Positions 47,964 to 55,921 of a stretch of 57,492 nt of DNA are shown here, in pieces. This DNA comes from an uncultured Planctomycetales bacterium. Lineage in GTDB: Bacteria > Omnitrophota > Gorgyraeia > Gygaellales > Profunditerraquicolaceae. Within the stretch, counting starts at the first letter, position 1. Each line of letters opens with the position of its first letter. The notes beneath the pieces are model-generated. The model was not told the origin of the DNA and did no database searches. It saw only the letters and a program-made list of their open reading frames with translations. Both the position numbers and the translations under genes were made by a program. The stretch lies in contig CAZJFL010000010.1 of NCBI GenBank assembly GCA_964545575.1, positions 1-57,492 of the forward strand, given 5' to 3'.

Positions 47964-48755
47964 TTATTTTTTATCCGTAGCAGCCGGTGCCTGCCGCAAC
48001 TCTGCTTTAGACATCTTCTTAAAACAGATAAACCAATCCAGATAATTCAGGTCCCTACTGCTTTTGGCCATTCTTTCTTTTACGTCCCCGTAAGAACCGG
48101 CGGTAGGCACAATCACATCGTCTCCGGCCTCCCAATCGGCGGGGGTGGCGATTTGATGCGTATCAGCTGCCTGTATCGCCACCAATAGCCTCTTTATCTC
48201 CTGAATATTGCGGCCGGCGGAATTCGGATAATAGAAAAACGCCCTGATCTTTGCCTCGGGGTCGATAAAAAATACTCCCCTGGCAAGGCGTATTTCGCTG
48301 GCACCGGGCTGGATTAAGCCGTACTTTTTTGCCACTTCCATCTTGGTGTCGGCAATCACCGGAAAGCCGACCTCTATCTTTTCCATATCGTTGTATTCGA
48401 TCTTTTCCTTGATCGTGCGTAGCCAGGCAATATGGCTGTTATTGCTGTCAATGGATAAAGCCAGTAATTTAGCGTTAAGCGCTGCAAAATCCGGCGCCAT
48501 CTTAGCCAGGGCCATAAGTTCGGTAGTTGAGACCGGGTCAAAGTCAGCGGCATAGCCAAAAAGGATAACCCATTTTCCTTTATAGTCTTCGGGGAAGTTG
48601 ATCGGGCCGCGGGTGGTCTCGGCTTTAAAGGCCGGGGCATTTTCGCCAATAGCCGGAGCACCTGATGAACCTTGTTCTGCCGACGCCGAAAAATAAACCC
48701 CTAAAATTAGGACTAAAACCGCAAGGGAAATCTTAAATCCCCGCCTTGCCGCCAT
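47964..48755 (-). CDS. Exported Prx6-family peroxiredoxin homolog lacking the peroxidatic Cys
   Basis: GKWVILF, DFDPVSTTE, HIAW, YYP...GRN, TPADW. Confidence 0.85.
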   Translation of the reverse strand: MAARRGFKISLAVLVLILGVYFSASAEQGSSGAPAIGENAPAFKAETTRGPINFPEDYKGKWVILFGYAADFDPVSTTELMALAKMAPDFAALNAKLLALSIDSNNSHIAWLRTIKEKIEYNDMEKIEVGFPVIADTKMEVAKKYGLIQPGASEIRLARGVFFIDPEAKIRAFFYYPNSAGRNIQEIKRLLVAIQAADTHQIATPADWEAGDDVIVPTAGSYGDVKERMAKSSRDLNYLDWFICFKKMSKAELRQAPAATDKK

Positions 48756-48791
48756 GCATACCTCCCCACCTTAAATTATTTACTATTTTAC

Positions 48792-48848
48792 TTACTTCTT
48801 CTTTTTCTTCTTTGCTTTCTTTTTATGCGCCGCACAGGTACCGCACAT
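48792..48848 (-). CDS. Putative 18-aa micro-protein MCGTCAAHKKKAKKKKKK
   Basis: AAGGAGG RBS 6 nt before ATG; fills the gap between ACT and Prx genes. Confidence 0.55.
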   Translation of the reverse strand: MCGTCAAHKKKAKKKKKK

Positions 48849-48862
48849 ATCCAGCCTCCTTT

Positions 48863-49276
48863 TTACTTGGCTTTAAAGGCAATAAGCGCTTTTTCATTAT
48901 CGGATGTGGAAAACACAATCGTTGCCGGGCCGCCGCAGGTGCAGGTCGTGCCGTAGAGGTATTTAATATCGATTCCTTCGCTAGCCAATTTTGCGGTCAA
49001 ATTCTCCAGGGCCCCGGGCTTATTTTCCAGTTCTACAATCACGACTTCGCTTTCTTTAAGAGACTTGTAGTTTTTCTTTCCCAAGGCATCGCTTGCACGC
49101 AGATTGTCTTCGGTAACCAGCGCTATCTTTGCTTCATTATTACCGGCTGCGTACCCCAGCACCGCAGCAATGTTTATCCCGTGGTCGGCTAATATTTTAG
49201 AGATATCCGCCAAAACTCCTATTTTATTCACTACCGTCACTACTATTTCCTTGCCTAATCTTGCCCCTTTTACCAT
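48863..49276 (-). CDS. Tandem ACT domain protein
   Basis: NKIGVLADI...GINI; ENKPGAL...GIDIKYLY. Confidence 0.88.
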   Translation of the reverse strand: MVKGARLGKEIVVTVVNKIGVLADISKILADHGINIAAVLGYAAGNNEAKIALVTEDNLRASDALGKKNYKSLKESEVVIVELENKPGALENLTAKLASEGIDIKYLYGTTCTCGGPATIVFSTSDNEKALIAFKAK

Positions 49277-49351
49277 TCCGCACCTCTCTTTCTTAAAATA
49301 AAAAGCAACCCCGTGTTTTTTTTCAGGAAGTTGCTTGTGGCAACGAAAGTT

Positions 49352-49380
49352 ATTCTACCGCTAAATCCGGCACTTGGCAA
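49352..49380 (-). promoter_or_regulatory. Promoter of ACT/Prx unit
   Basis: TTGCCA-17-TAGAAT. Confidence 0.6.
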
Positions 49381-49386
49381 TAATTT

Positions 49387-49773
49387 TTATCTCCTTGCCC
49401 TTTTCTTTCTCTTTTTTATATTAGCCTTGTGCACCGTGCAGAGGACATCCGCAAAATAGGAGACCCTGTTATTCTCGTAAGGGAACTCTTTGCAGGTGAC
49501 CGGTTTAAGTTTATAGTCGAGTTTATGGACAGCACAGAGTCCGTCTGCCCTGAGAAATGTGCATTGCTCATCCTCGTAACTGGTGCCGACCTTGAATCCG
49601 GAAGGAAAATCCTTATCTTTCTCCAGATGGAAAAAATCCCCTTTTATCCTGCGGGATACTATTTTCTTGGCTTCTTCCAGGTCGATCCAGGCTCCCAGCC
49701 GGCAGCAATCCGCCTGAGTTTTGCACTTAAGGCAGTCAATACTTTTTCTGGTCTTTCTTTTTTTACTCTTCAT
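49387..49773 (-). CDS. YkgJ-family cysteine cluster protein
   Basis: CLKC....CC, CTFL...LCAVH, KP.TCKEFP. Confidence 0.88.
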   Translation of the reverse strand: MKSKKRKTRKSIDCLKCKTQADCCRLGAWIDLEEAKKIVSRRIKGDFFHLEKDKDFPSGFKVGTSYEDEQCTFLRADGLCAVHKLDYKLKPVTCKEFPYENNRVSYFADVLCTVHKANIKKRKKRARR

Positions 49774-49776
49774 GTG

Positions 49777-50409
49777 TTATAGGCCCCCCCGGGTGAGGCA
49801 CTGTAGGTATGCTTTTATCGCGCCCGTAATGCTCTGATAATCTTTATTTTCCAGCCACTCTTTTTTAAAAACGCTTGCGCCAAAGGCAACCGCGCTTGCG
49901 CCGTTGGCAAAATATTCTCCCAAATTATCCGGGGTTACGCCGGCGCAGGCTAAAAGTTCGATCTCCGCAAAAGGAGCCTTGATCTCGGCCAAATACTGCG
50001 GCCCGAAGAACTTCGCAGGGAAAACCTTTACCATCGTAGCGCCCTCTTTCCAGGCAGTATAAATCTCAAGCGGCGTGAGCGCTCCGGGAAAGGCGGGTAT
50101 CTTATTTTTGCGGCAATATCCTAAAACATCTTTAATTAAAACCGGCATCACCATAAAAGTCGCTCCGGAATCCAGGGCCAGCTTTAAGCTGTCTAAATCC
50201 AGTACTGTTCCGGCGCCCAACATCAGGCGTTTCTCTGCCACCCTTCCGGCCTTTTGGATTAATCCGGCAGCACCTTTAGTATTCATGGTTATCTCTAAAG
50301 TCTCAAGGCCGCTAGAAATAACTGCTTCAATGAGCGGCTCAATCTGCTCTAATCGGGCGCCGCGCAAAATCCCCATTACCGGCTTCTTTTTAAACCTGGC
50401 TAGGTCCAC
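49777..50409 (-). CDS. eda: KDPG/KHG aldolase
   Basis: ILRG, LEIT, GAGTV, PGALTP.E, VKVFP. Confidence 0.9.
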   Translation of the reverse strand: MDLARFKKKPVMGILRGARLEQIEPLIEAVISSGLETLEITMNTKGAAGLIQKAGRVAEKRLMLGAGTVLDLDSLKLALDSGATFMVMPVLIKDVLGYCRKNKIPAFPGALTPLEIYTAWKEGATMVKVFPAKFFGPQYLAEIKAPFAEIELLACAGVTPDNLGEYFANGASAVAFGASVFKKEWLENKDYQSITGAIKAYLQCLTRGGL

Positions 50410-50412
50410 TCT

Positions 50413-51363
50413 TTACTCCTCATCCTCTCCGACTAAACTCTCGTAAAACTCGCGGTAATTTTCTTTTTTATCGCTATTGCGCAAGGCCATTGCCGCGCGC
50501 GGGTGTTCATCCAGAATCCCGGTAATAGCGTAAGGAATAATATATCCCCATTCGATTTTATCCCTGAGAGGAATAAATTCTTTAGAGATCAGGTCCAAAA
50601 CCGGACGGATATCAAACTTAGGGTTCTTCAAGAAACCCAGGATCAACTCCAGGGGGCAGTTCCCCGCTGCCCTGCCTAAGCCGTAAACCGTGCCGTCCAC
50701 GAAATTAGCGTTATGAATGATCGCTTCAATGGTATTGCCGAAAGCAAGCTGCTGGTTATTGTGCGCGTGGATCCCTATTTCCTTGGTCTTGACGATGCTT
50801 TTGGCCTTTTTAATCAGGAACTCCGTCGTCTCCTGATATAAAGAACCGAAACTGTCCACGATATAGATTACGTTTGCCTTACTTTCTTTTTCCAGCTGCT
50901 CTAAGGCCTCGGTCAACTCGTTATCCAGCGCGCGCGAGATAGCCATGATGTTGACCGTAGTCTCATAGCCTTTATCCGCGAAGTGGTTAACCAGGAATAT
51001 CGCCTTATCGATATCCTTGACGTAAGAAGCAACTCTCACCATCGCCACCGGGCTATCCTTACGCGGCAAAACATCTTCGACATCTACCCTATCCACATCC
51101 ACCATAACAGATATCTTAGTATTCGATTCAATGCCTTCGGTTGCCCGCCTGATATCATCGTCATCGCAAAACTTCCATTTGCCGAACTCTTTTTCTGAAA
51201 ACAGGCGTTTGGAGTTTTTATAACCTATCTCCATATAATCTATTCCGGATTCGGATAGTGCCTTATACACTGCGCGCACAAAACTTAAAGAAAAATCGTG
51301 GTTATTAACCAAACCGCCGTCCCTGATCGTGCAATCCAATACCTTAATTTTTTCCCTGAACAT
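50413..51363 (-). CDS. DRE-TIM (HMGL-like) aldolase, 4-hydroxy-2-oxovalerate aldolase-like
   Basis: LDCTIRDGG, VDSFG, HAHNN, GLGRAAGN. Confidence 0.85.
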   Translation of the reverse strand: MFREKIKVLDCTIRDGGLVNNHDFSLSFVRAVYKALSESGIDYMEIGYKNSKRLFSEKEFGKWKFCDDDDIRRATEGIESNTKISVMVDVDRVDVEDVLPRKDSPVAMVRVASYVKDIDKAIFLVNHFADKGYETTVNIMAISRALDNELTEALEQLEKESKANVIYIVDSFGSLYQETTEFLIKKAKSIVKTKEIGIHAHNNQQLAFGNTIEAIIHNANFVDGTVYGLGRAAGNCPLELILGFLKNPKFDIRPVLDLISKEFIPLRDKIEWGYIIPYAITGILDEHPRAAMALRNSDKKENYREFYESLVGEDEE

Positions 51364-51413
51364 ACTCGCTCCTGTTTAAGTAAATAATGGGGTCGGAATT
51401 ATTTTTTAACACC

Positions 51414-51836
51414 TTAAGCCGACTTAGATTTAAAGCGGCTTCTAGAATTAACCACAAGCTGCCAGCTGAATAAAAGAATCATCAACGCAATTGCTGCGCT
51501 GCGCAAATTCCTGACCAGATTGACCTTTTGCTTACCTTGCTGGACTTTAGCGCTTAAAAACTCCGCCGGGTCTTTCAATCCCCTGATTTTGCTTTCGAAA
51601 TCTCCTGCCAGCGCCGACTCGCGGGGCATTTTATCAGAGGAGCGTATTTGCTGAAGCTCCCTTTGCATCCCTTTTTCACCACCGATATTATAGGCCACCA
51701 GCAGCTTATCATAAAAATATACCTCTACCCCATAGCGCATGATCTTTCTCACCGCGTAAAAGTTGGCAAAGAGCATACAGGCCAAAAATACCGTCATTAC
51801 CGCAAATTTAATGATCCGGCTCTTGATAAACCTCAT
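51414..51836 (-). CDS. Hypothetical 2-TM membrane protein
   Basis: Terminal hydrophobic helices, RBS. Confidence 0.7.
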   Translation of the reverse strand: MRFIKSRIIKFAVMTVFLACMLFANFYAVRKIMRYGVEVYFYDKLLVAYNIGGEKGMQRELQQIRSSDKMPRESALAGDFESKIRGLKDPAEFLSAKVQQGKQKVNLVRNLRSAAIALMILLFSWQLVVNSRSRFKSKSA

Positions 51837-51945
51837 CCCTCTCTCCTTATAGCGTATATTATACCGCCTAAAGCCAGAAAGCCAACAAAAAAGGCGCCCG
51901 CGGCAGATGCCTTCAGGCGCCCAAATAGATCAGCCTTACTGGAAG

Positions 51946-52629
51946 TTATTTATTTTTGTTCTCTAATCTATATTTTTCGCGCAGGAATAAAAACAGGATA
52001 GCCGGCCCGAAAGCCCAAACCATTACTGTGACGCCGCCGATAATCCCGATACTCGTAAAGATCCCGGCAAGGCACTCCCCGCGCCTGCGCACGATATAAT
52101 GCGCAACCAGCGACACTAACAGCTGCAGGATATTGGAAGCGGCCACCAGTGATAGTAAAGAAGCCGTTGCTTTATAGCGCTGGGCATTTCTTAATTTAAT
52201 AAAGAAATATACCCCCCACACCAGCCAGCTTATCCCTAAAATGGTGTAGCAGATCAGGGTGTCTGTTTCGCCAGTCCACCAATTGCTGATATCAATACGA
52301 AACAGCTCGACCAAGGGAAAGATAAAAGTTATACCCAAGAGAGAAAGCATAAAACCGGCAATCGCAATCGGAATAATCAACCTCTGTTTTTTCACAGGCT
52401 TACAGAGGTTAATCGTACCAGAGCCGAAAATAAAAAGAAATTGCGAGAGAAATGTCGCCAGGAGCACGGCAAGCGTAGCCCAAAGCCGGCCCTGTAATCC
52501 CGAAAACGTGGGTATCCAGAAAGGCAGCTCAAATTTATGCTTAAAAAATGACAAAGAGAGCAAGCCGACGACTATCGCGGCGTACAGGCTTAAGAATATC
52601 CACTTAAAATTTTTCGCTTCAATCTTCAT
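51946..52629 (-). CDS. Hypothetical multi-TM membrane protein
   Basis: About 6 TM segments. Confidence 0.7.
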   Translation of the reverse strand: MKIEAKNFKWIFLSLYAAIVVGLLSLSFFKHKFELPFWIPTFSGLQGRLWATLAVLLATFLSQFLFIFGSGTINLCKPVKKQRLIIPIAIAGFMLSLLGITFIFPLVELFRIDISNWWTGETDTLICYTILGISWLVWGVYFFIKLRNAQRYKATASLLSLVAASNILQLLVSLVAHYIVRRRGECLAGIFTSIGIIGGVTVMVWAFGPAILFLFLREKYRLENKNK

Positions 52630-52795
52630 GCGTCTTCCCTCTACTCATCATCCGTCTTATTATACTCCGCATTGCAAAAGATTCCAAACAAAAAAAGGCG
52701 CCTGCGGCAAACACATCTCGCAAGCGCCCAAGGGACAGCTCTATAAAGAGCTATTAGATCAAATAAGATTATTTAGAAACGGTCTGGATAATTTT

Positions 52796-53044
52796 TTATT
52801 TCTGAAGTTTATTATAGAGCCATGCTACGACGACACCGCCAATACCGGCATCAAAAAATCCCCAGATCCCTCCGATAATACTTCCCAGCCACGTCGCTTT
52901 ATAGCCGATGTAGATTGACGCCATTAAATCTACCCATGCTCCGCCCCAGTTAAAAAACATCACCGTTAACCCCAGAAGAAATATTAGCCCACCCCACAAA
53001 ATACCAAGCGCCAAGCCCATGGCCTTCACGTTTAATTTCCCCAT
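52796..53044 (-). CDS. Small 2-TM membrane protein (family often annotated as holin-like)
   Basis: LNVKAMGLALGILWG...Y.GY..T..G..IG..WGF.D...G...AWLYN. Confidence 0.7.
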   Translation of the reverse strand: MGKLNVKAMGLALGILWGGLIFLLGLTVMFFNWGGAWVDLMASIYIGYKATWLGSIIGGIWGFFDAGIGGVVVAWLYNKLQK

Positions 53045-53107
53045 CTATCTATCCTCCTTTCCTTGAGTGCCAAAAATATCGTATCTGGTTATATTGAAGG
53101 CTAAGAG

Positions 53108-53305
53108 CTATTTCTTAAACCAGAACTTATACAAAGGTTTTGCCCCGCAAATAAGCATTAATGCTACCAAAACCACATAATCAATCTTCAATAGCTGCGG
53201 GAATATTTTTACGATGATGATCGTGGCAAAAAGTACCGACCATTTTACCAATCCTATATCTACGACCGTAAGATTCTTAACTCGCTGATTCATCTTCCCA
53301 AACAT
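53108..53305 (-). CDS. Small membrane protein
   Basis: Start reassigned to MFGK after AAGGAGG; two hydrophobic segments. Confidence 0.7.
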   Translation of the reverse strand: MFGKMNQRVKNLTVVDIGLVKWSVLFATIIIVKIFPQLLKIDYVVLVALMLICGAKPLYKFWFKK

Positions 53306-53428
53306 TTCCCCCTCCTTGTTATCGTTCATTATACCGCCCAAAGCGAGAAAGCCCAAACAAAAAAGGCGCCGTAAAAACAGCGCCTTTCCTCGTAGCACAA
53401 ATGTTCCTCTCCAACTAAGGACAACTAA

Positions 53429-53457
53429 AGTATAGCCGACATAAAGCCCGCTGTCAA
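53429..53457 (-). promoter_or_regulatory. Near-consensus sigma70 promoter
   Basis: TTGACA-17-TATACT. Confidence 0.7.
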
Positions 53458-53498
53458 GAAAAAACGGGGTACGACCGAAGGCCTTGCCTTCCTACCCT

Positions 53499-53542
53499 AC
53501 ACCCAGCCCTCGGATGGGCCAGTGCCCCGCCCTCCTGCGGGG
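53499..53542 (-). repeat. Diverged copy of the 45-nt double-hairpin unit
   Basis: CCCCGC-AGGAGG-GCGGGG CACT GGCCC ATCCGA GGGCT GGGTGT. Confidence 0.65.
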
Positions 53543-53580
53543 ATAGACGTAGCGAGTGACGAAATCTAACACAAAAATAA

Positions 53581-53705
53581 AAAGGGTATCACAATTTGTG
53601 ATACCCTTTAAGTTTGCAATTTACGACCTTGAACTAGTGCCAATTTGGCACCAGTTCAGTCCTAGCTTATCAGCAACTTGAGGTCACAATTTGTGACCTC
53701 AAGTT
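53581..53705. repeat. Four palindromes centred on CAATTT
   Basis: GGTATCACAATTTGTGATACC; ACTAGTGCCAATTTGGCACCAGT; AACTTGAGGTCACAATTTGTGACCTCAAGTT; one degenerate. Confidence 0.75.
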
Positions 53706-53806
53706 TGTAACCTAGTCGCCTGCATCCCTCCCCATCGCCCAAGTGGCCAGTTCTATCAGAAGTTATTAGCTTAAATAGGATTATTTAAAGACGGGATGGA
53801 AGGTTT

Positions 53807-54160
53807 TTAAATTTCTTTATCTTTTTTGTACACATTAAACCCCACTAATCTTTCTGGATTCTTTTCGCGCTTCAACCTGTCGTCTCTTATATGAAAAATT
53901 CCTTTTATGTATCGCCAAGGTATAAACAAATCGGCTTCAATTTCTTCCTGCTTTCTTTTATCTGCTGGTATCGAATTGCCACTTTTATCTATTTTAAATA
54001 TAACTTTATAATTGGGATGCCTTACCCAAATACCTAGATTTTCTTGAACGCCTGAAACAACAATTAAGATACATTCTGCTTTTATATCCCATCTACTAAA
54101 ATCAGCATTCTTTTCTAATTGAATATAAACTTTTTTATCAATTATCTCATTTATTTGCAT
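53807..54160 (-). CDS. Hypothetical protein, paralog of 13647..13985
   Basis: RBS AAGGAGG; LGIW, G..IP, IPWRYIK, GF motifs shared. Confidence 0.75.
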   Translation of the reverse strand: MQINEIIDKKVYIQLEKNADFSRWDIKAECILIVVSGVQENLGIWVRHPNYKVIFKIDKSGNSIPADKRKQEEIEADLFIPWRYIKGIFHIRDDRLKREKNPERLVGFNVYKKDKEI

Positions 54161-54294
54161 TTTTCTACCTCCTTTTTAATTTTGACTTTATTCTACCGCC
54201 CTAACATCAAACTCAAGGATTTTATTGTTTCACAACGAACTTAAGACATGGACATTCAAGGATCGCAGCTGAACTATTAATCTCGAAAAAATAG

Positions 54295-54332
54295 GGTCAG
54301 ATTTATTTTCTCAATTTATAAATTAATCCCGA
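54295..54332. repeat. Direct repeat copy 1 flanking the HNH gene
   Basis: 31-nt identity to 54696-54726. Confidence 0.85.
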
Positions 54333-54355
54333 CCTCATATCTTCCAAACAATAAA

Positions 54356-54658
54356 TTATTTTTTGGAAACATTTTTATTACCTTCGGAAGTAATGTTACA
54401 TTTCAAACGACCATCGCTTTTATCAACATTATTTTCCCACTGCAAAGGACGTAAATTAGGCGGATCATCCGAGCCTCCAGGGGAAATGTGATCAATCTCC
54501 CATCCATAACTCGAATCTCTATTCCCATATTTGTCCCGCAGTATCCAGGCGTCACAATCATCTTTCCTGTATTTATTTTTATCGTATCCATTTACTTCTT
54601 TCCCCTTTTCCCATACTTTCTGAATTATCTCTTCTGCCCAAGCCTTTTCCATATTCAC
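54356..54658 (-). CDS. HNH endonuclease
   Basis: GWEIDHISPGGSDDPPNLRPLQWENN. Confidence 0.88.
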   Translation of the reverse strand: MNMEKAWAEEIIQKVWEKGKEVNGYDKNKYRKDDCDAWILRDKYGNRDSSYGWEIDHISPGGSDDPPNLRPLQWENNVDKSDGRLKCNITSEGNKNVSKK

Positions 54659-54695
54659 CTCCTCTATCTGCCTGCCGAAAAGCTTAAGAAAATGA

Positions 54696-54733
54696 GGTCA
54701 GATTTATTTTCTCAATTTATAAATTACTCCCGA
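54696..54733. repeat. Direct repeat copy 2 flanking the HNH gene
   Basis: GGTCAGATTTATTTTCTCAATTTATAAATTA. Confidence 0.85.
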
Positions 54734-54741
54734 ACCCTTTT

Positions 54742-55248
54742 TCACTTTAAATTGTATTGGTCCTTTATATTATTTCTTACCTGTTCTGCATCATAAACTA
54801 TTCCTGATATATTTTCTGGCTTTTCTTTAAAACATTTAATAATATTAGTGGTCGATGGTTTATGAAGAATGTATGTTTGCCCACCTGAATAATAAGTTGT
54901 CCCGGAATAACTACCCTGAGCATAACCAGAACCGCCATAAGCGGTTGCGGTCCCATGAGTCTGCGCTGTTACAGGAGTAGTATAAGCACTTGTCCTAGTT
55001 CTAGACTTCTCATCAATGATTACAAAATATTTATATCCATTCTCAAGGGCAACTTCTGCACTTCTTAATAAAACAAAATCTTCTGCCTTACCTTGACCGC
55101 AGTAAGCATTACCTCTAAACGACACCTTAAAAATATCATCTTGAATTTTCATATTGGTATAGCCGCCTGTCCAACCCTGCCTTTGGTATCCTGTAGCACA
55201 TCCACTTACTAGTAGCGCTATAGCAAACAGACAAATTAGTTTTTTCAT
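54742..55248 (-). CDS. Lipoprotein (CC0125/CC1285-like)
   Basis: Lipobox VSGC; VSFRGN, LLRSAEVALENGYKYF. Confidence 0.8.
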   Translation of the reverse strand: MKKLICLFAIALLVSGCATGYQRQGWTGGYTNMKIQDDIFKVSFRGNAYCGQGKAEDFVLLRSAEVALENGYKYFVIIDEKSRTRTSAYTTPVTAQTHGTATAYGGSGYAQGSYSGTTYYSGGQTYILHKPSTTNIIKCFKEKPENISGIVYDAEQVRNNIKDQYNLK

Positions 55249-55322
55249 CTATTACTCCTTTGAAACTACGACCGCTTCTATTTTCTAAAAATCAGAGCCG
55301 TCCCCTTTATTGCTTAAATAAA

Positions 55323-55691
55323 TTAGGCAGGAACTTCGAACTCCCTGTCTTCTAATCGAAGCCTCAATGATGGTGCAAACTTATAGGTTGGGTCGTGACG
55401 GCCAAAGGTAAGAAAAATTACGGAATTATCAGAGATTGCTCCGCACTGCAAGCAATTATTTGTCTCTTGATGTCGTAATTGCCTACATTCTTCACAAACA
55501 ACATAAATAATAATGAAGTTATCTGCAAATGGAAAACTTCTCAAGCCATTAAGATTACCTTGTAGCGGTTCGCCCAATTCAATAGGATTCTTAATAATAT
55601 AATCTTTCTTTTTCTTGAATCTTTCTTTCAGATGTGGATAAGTCTCGAGGCAGGTTTTAATGTGTGGGTGATACCATGCGATATAAACCAC
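55323..55691 (-). CDS. RelE/ParE-superfamily toxin with Cys4 insertion
   Basis: NPIELGEPLQGNLNGLRS, IIIY, FGRHDPTY; CEEC...CLQC. Confidence 0.8.
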   Translation of the reverse strand: MVYIAWYHPHIKTCLETYPHLKERFKKKKDYIIKNPIELGEPLQGNLNGLRSFPFADNFIIIYVVCEECRQLRHQETNNCLQCGAISDNSVIFLTFGRHDPTYKFAPSLRLRLEDREFEVPA

Positions 55692-55693
55692 AA

Positions 55694-55903
55694 TTACTCT
55701 CCAAAAACATCCTTATCATCCAATAATTTTACGTCATTCAAAGTTGTTCTTGCAAATATAATGCCTTTTAATAACTCTGGCGATAAGTTTATTGCTTCTG
55801 TAAGGTCTACTTGATATTCATTAAAATTATATTTTCCGAACTGATCGTCACATTTCGCCCACGTGCTAAATCCTATTTTTTTTGCTTCCAATATCATCGC
55901 CAT
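55694..55903 (-). CDS. Putative antitoxin (69 aa, acidic)
   Basis: C-terminus LSPELLKGI..AR....VKLL...DVFGE resembles toxin-binding tails; 2 nt from toxin start. Confidence 0.6.
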   Translation of the reverse strand: MAMILEAKKIGFSTWAKCDDQFGKYNFNEYQVDLTEAINLSPELLKGIIFARTTLNDVKLLDDKDVFGE

Positions 55904-55921
55904 AATTTGCCTCCCCTATCA

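Noticed and set aside
48528-48530. Selenocysteine in the peroxiredoxin
   Set aside because: Codon is TCA (Ser), not TGA, and neighbouring catalytic residues are also altered
1002-52918. Numerous plus-strand ORFs antisense to housekeeping genes (e.g. 1002..1556, 39007..39525, 52259..52918)
   Set aside because: Shadow frames of well-supported minus-strand genes
52796-53044. Prophage suggested by a holin-like gene
   Set aside because: No endolysin, structural or integrase genes; the family label alone is weak evidence
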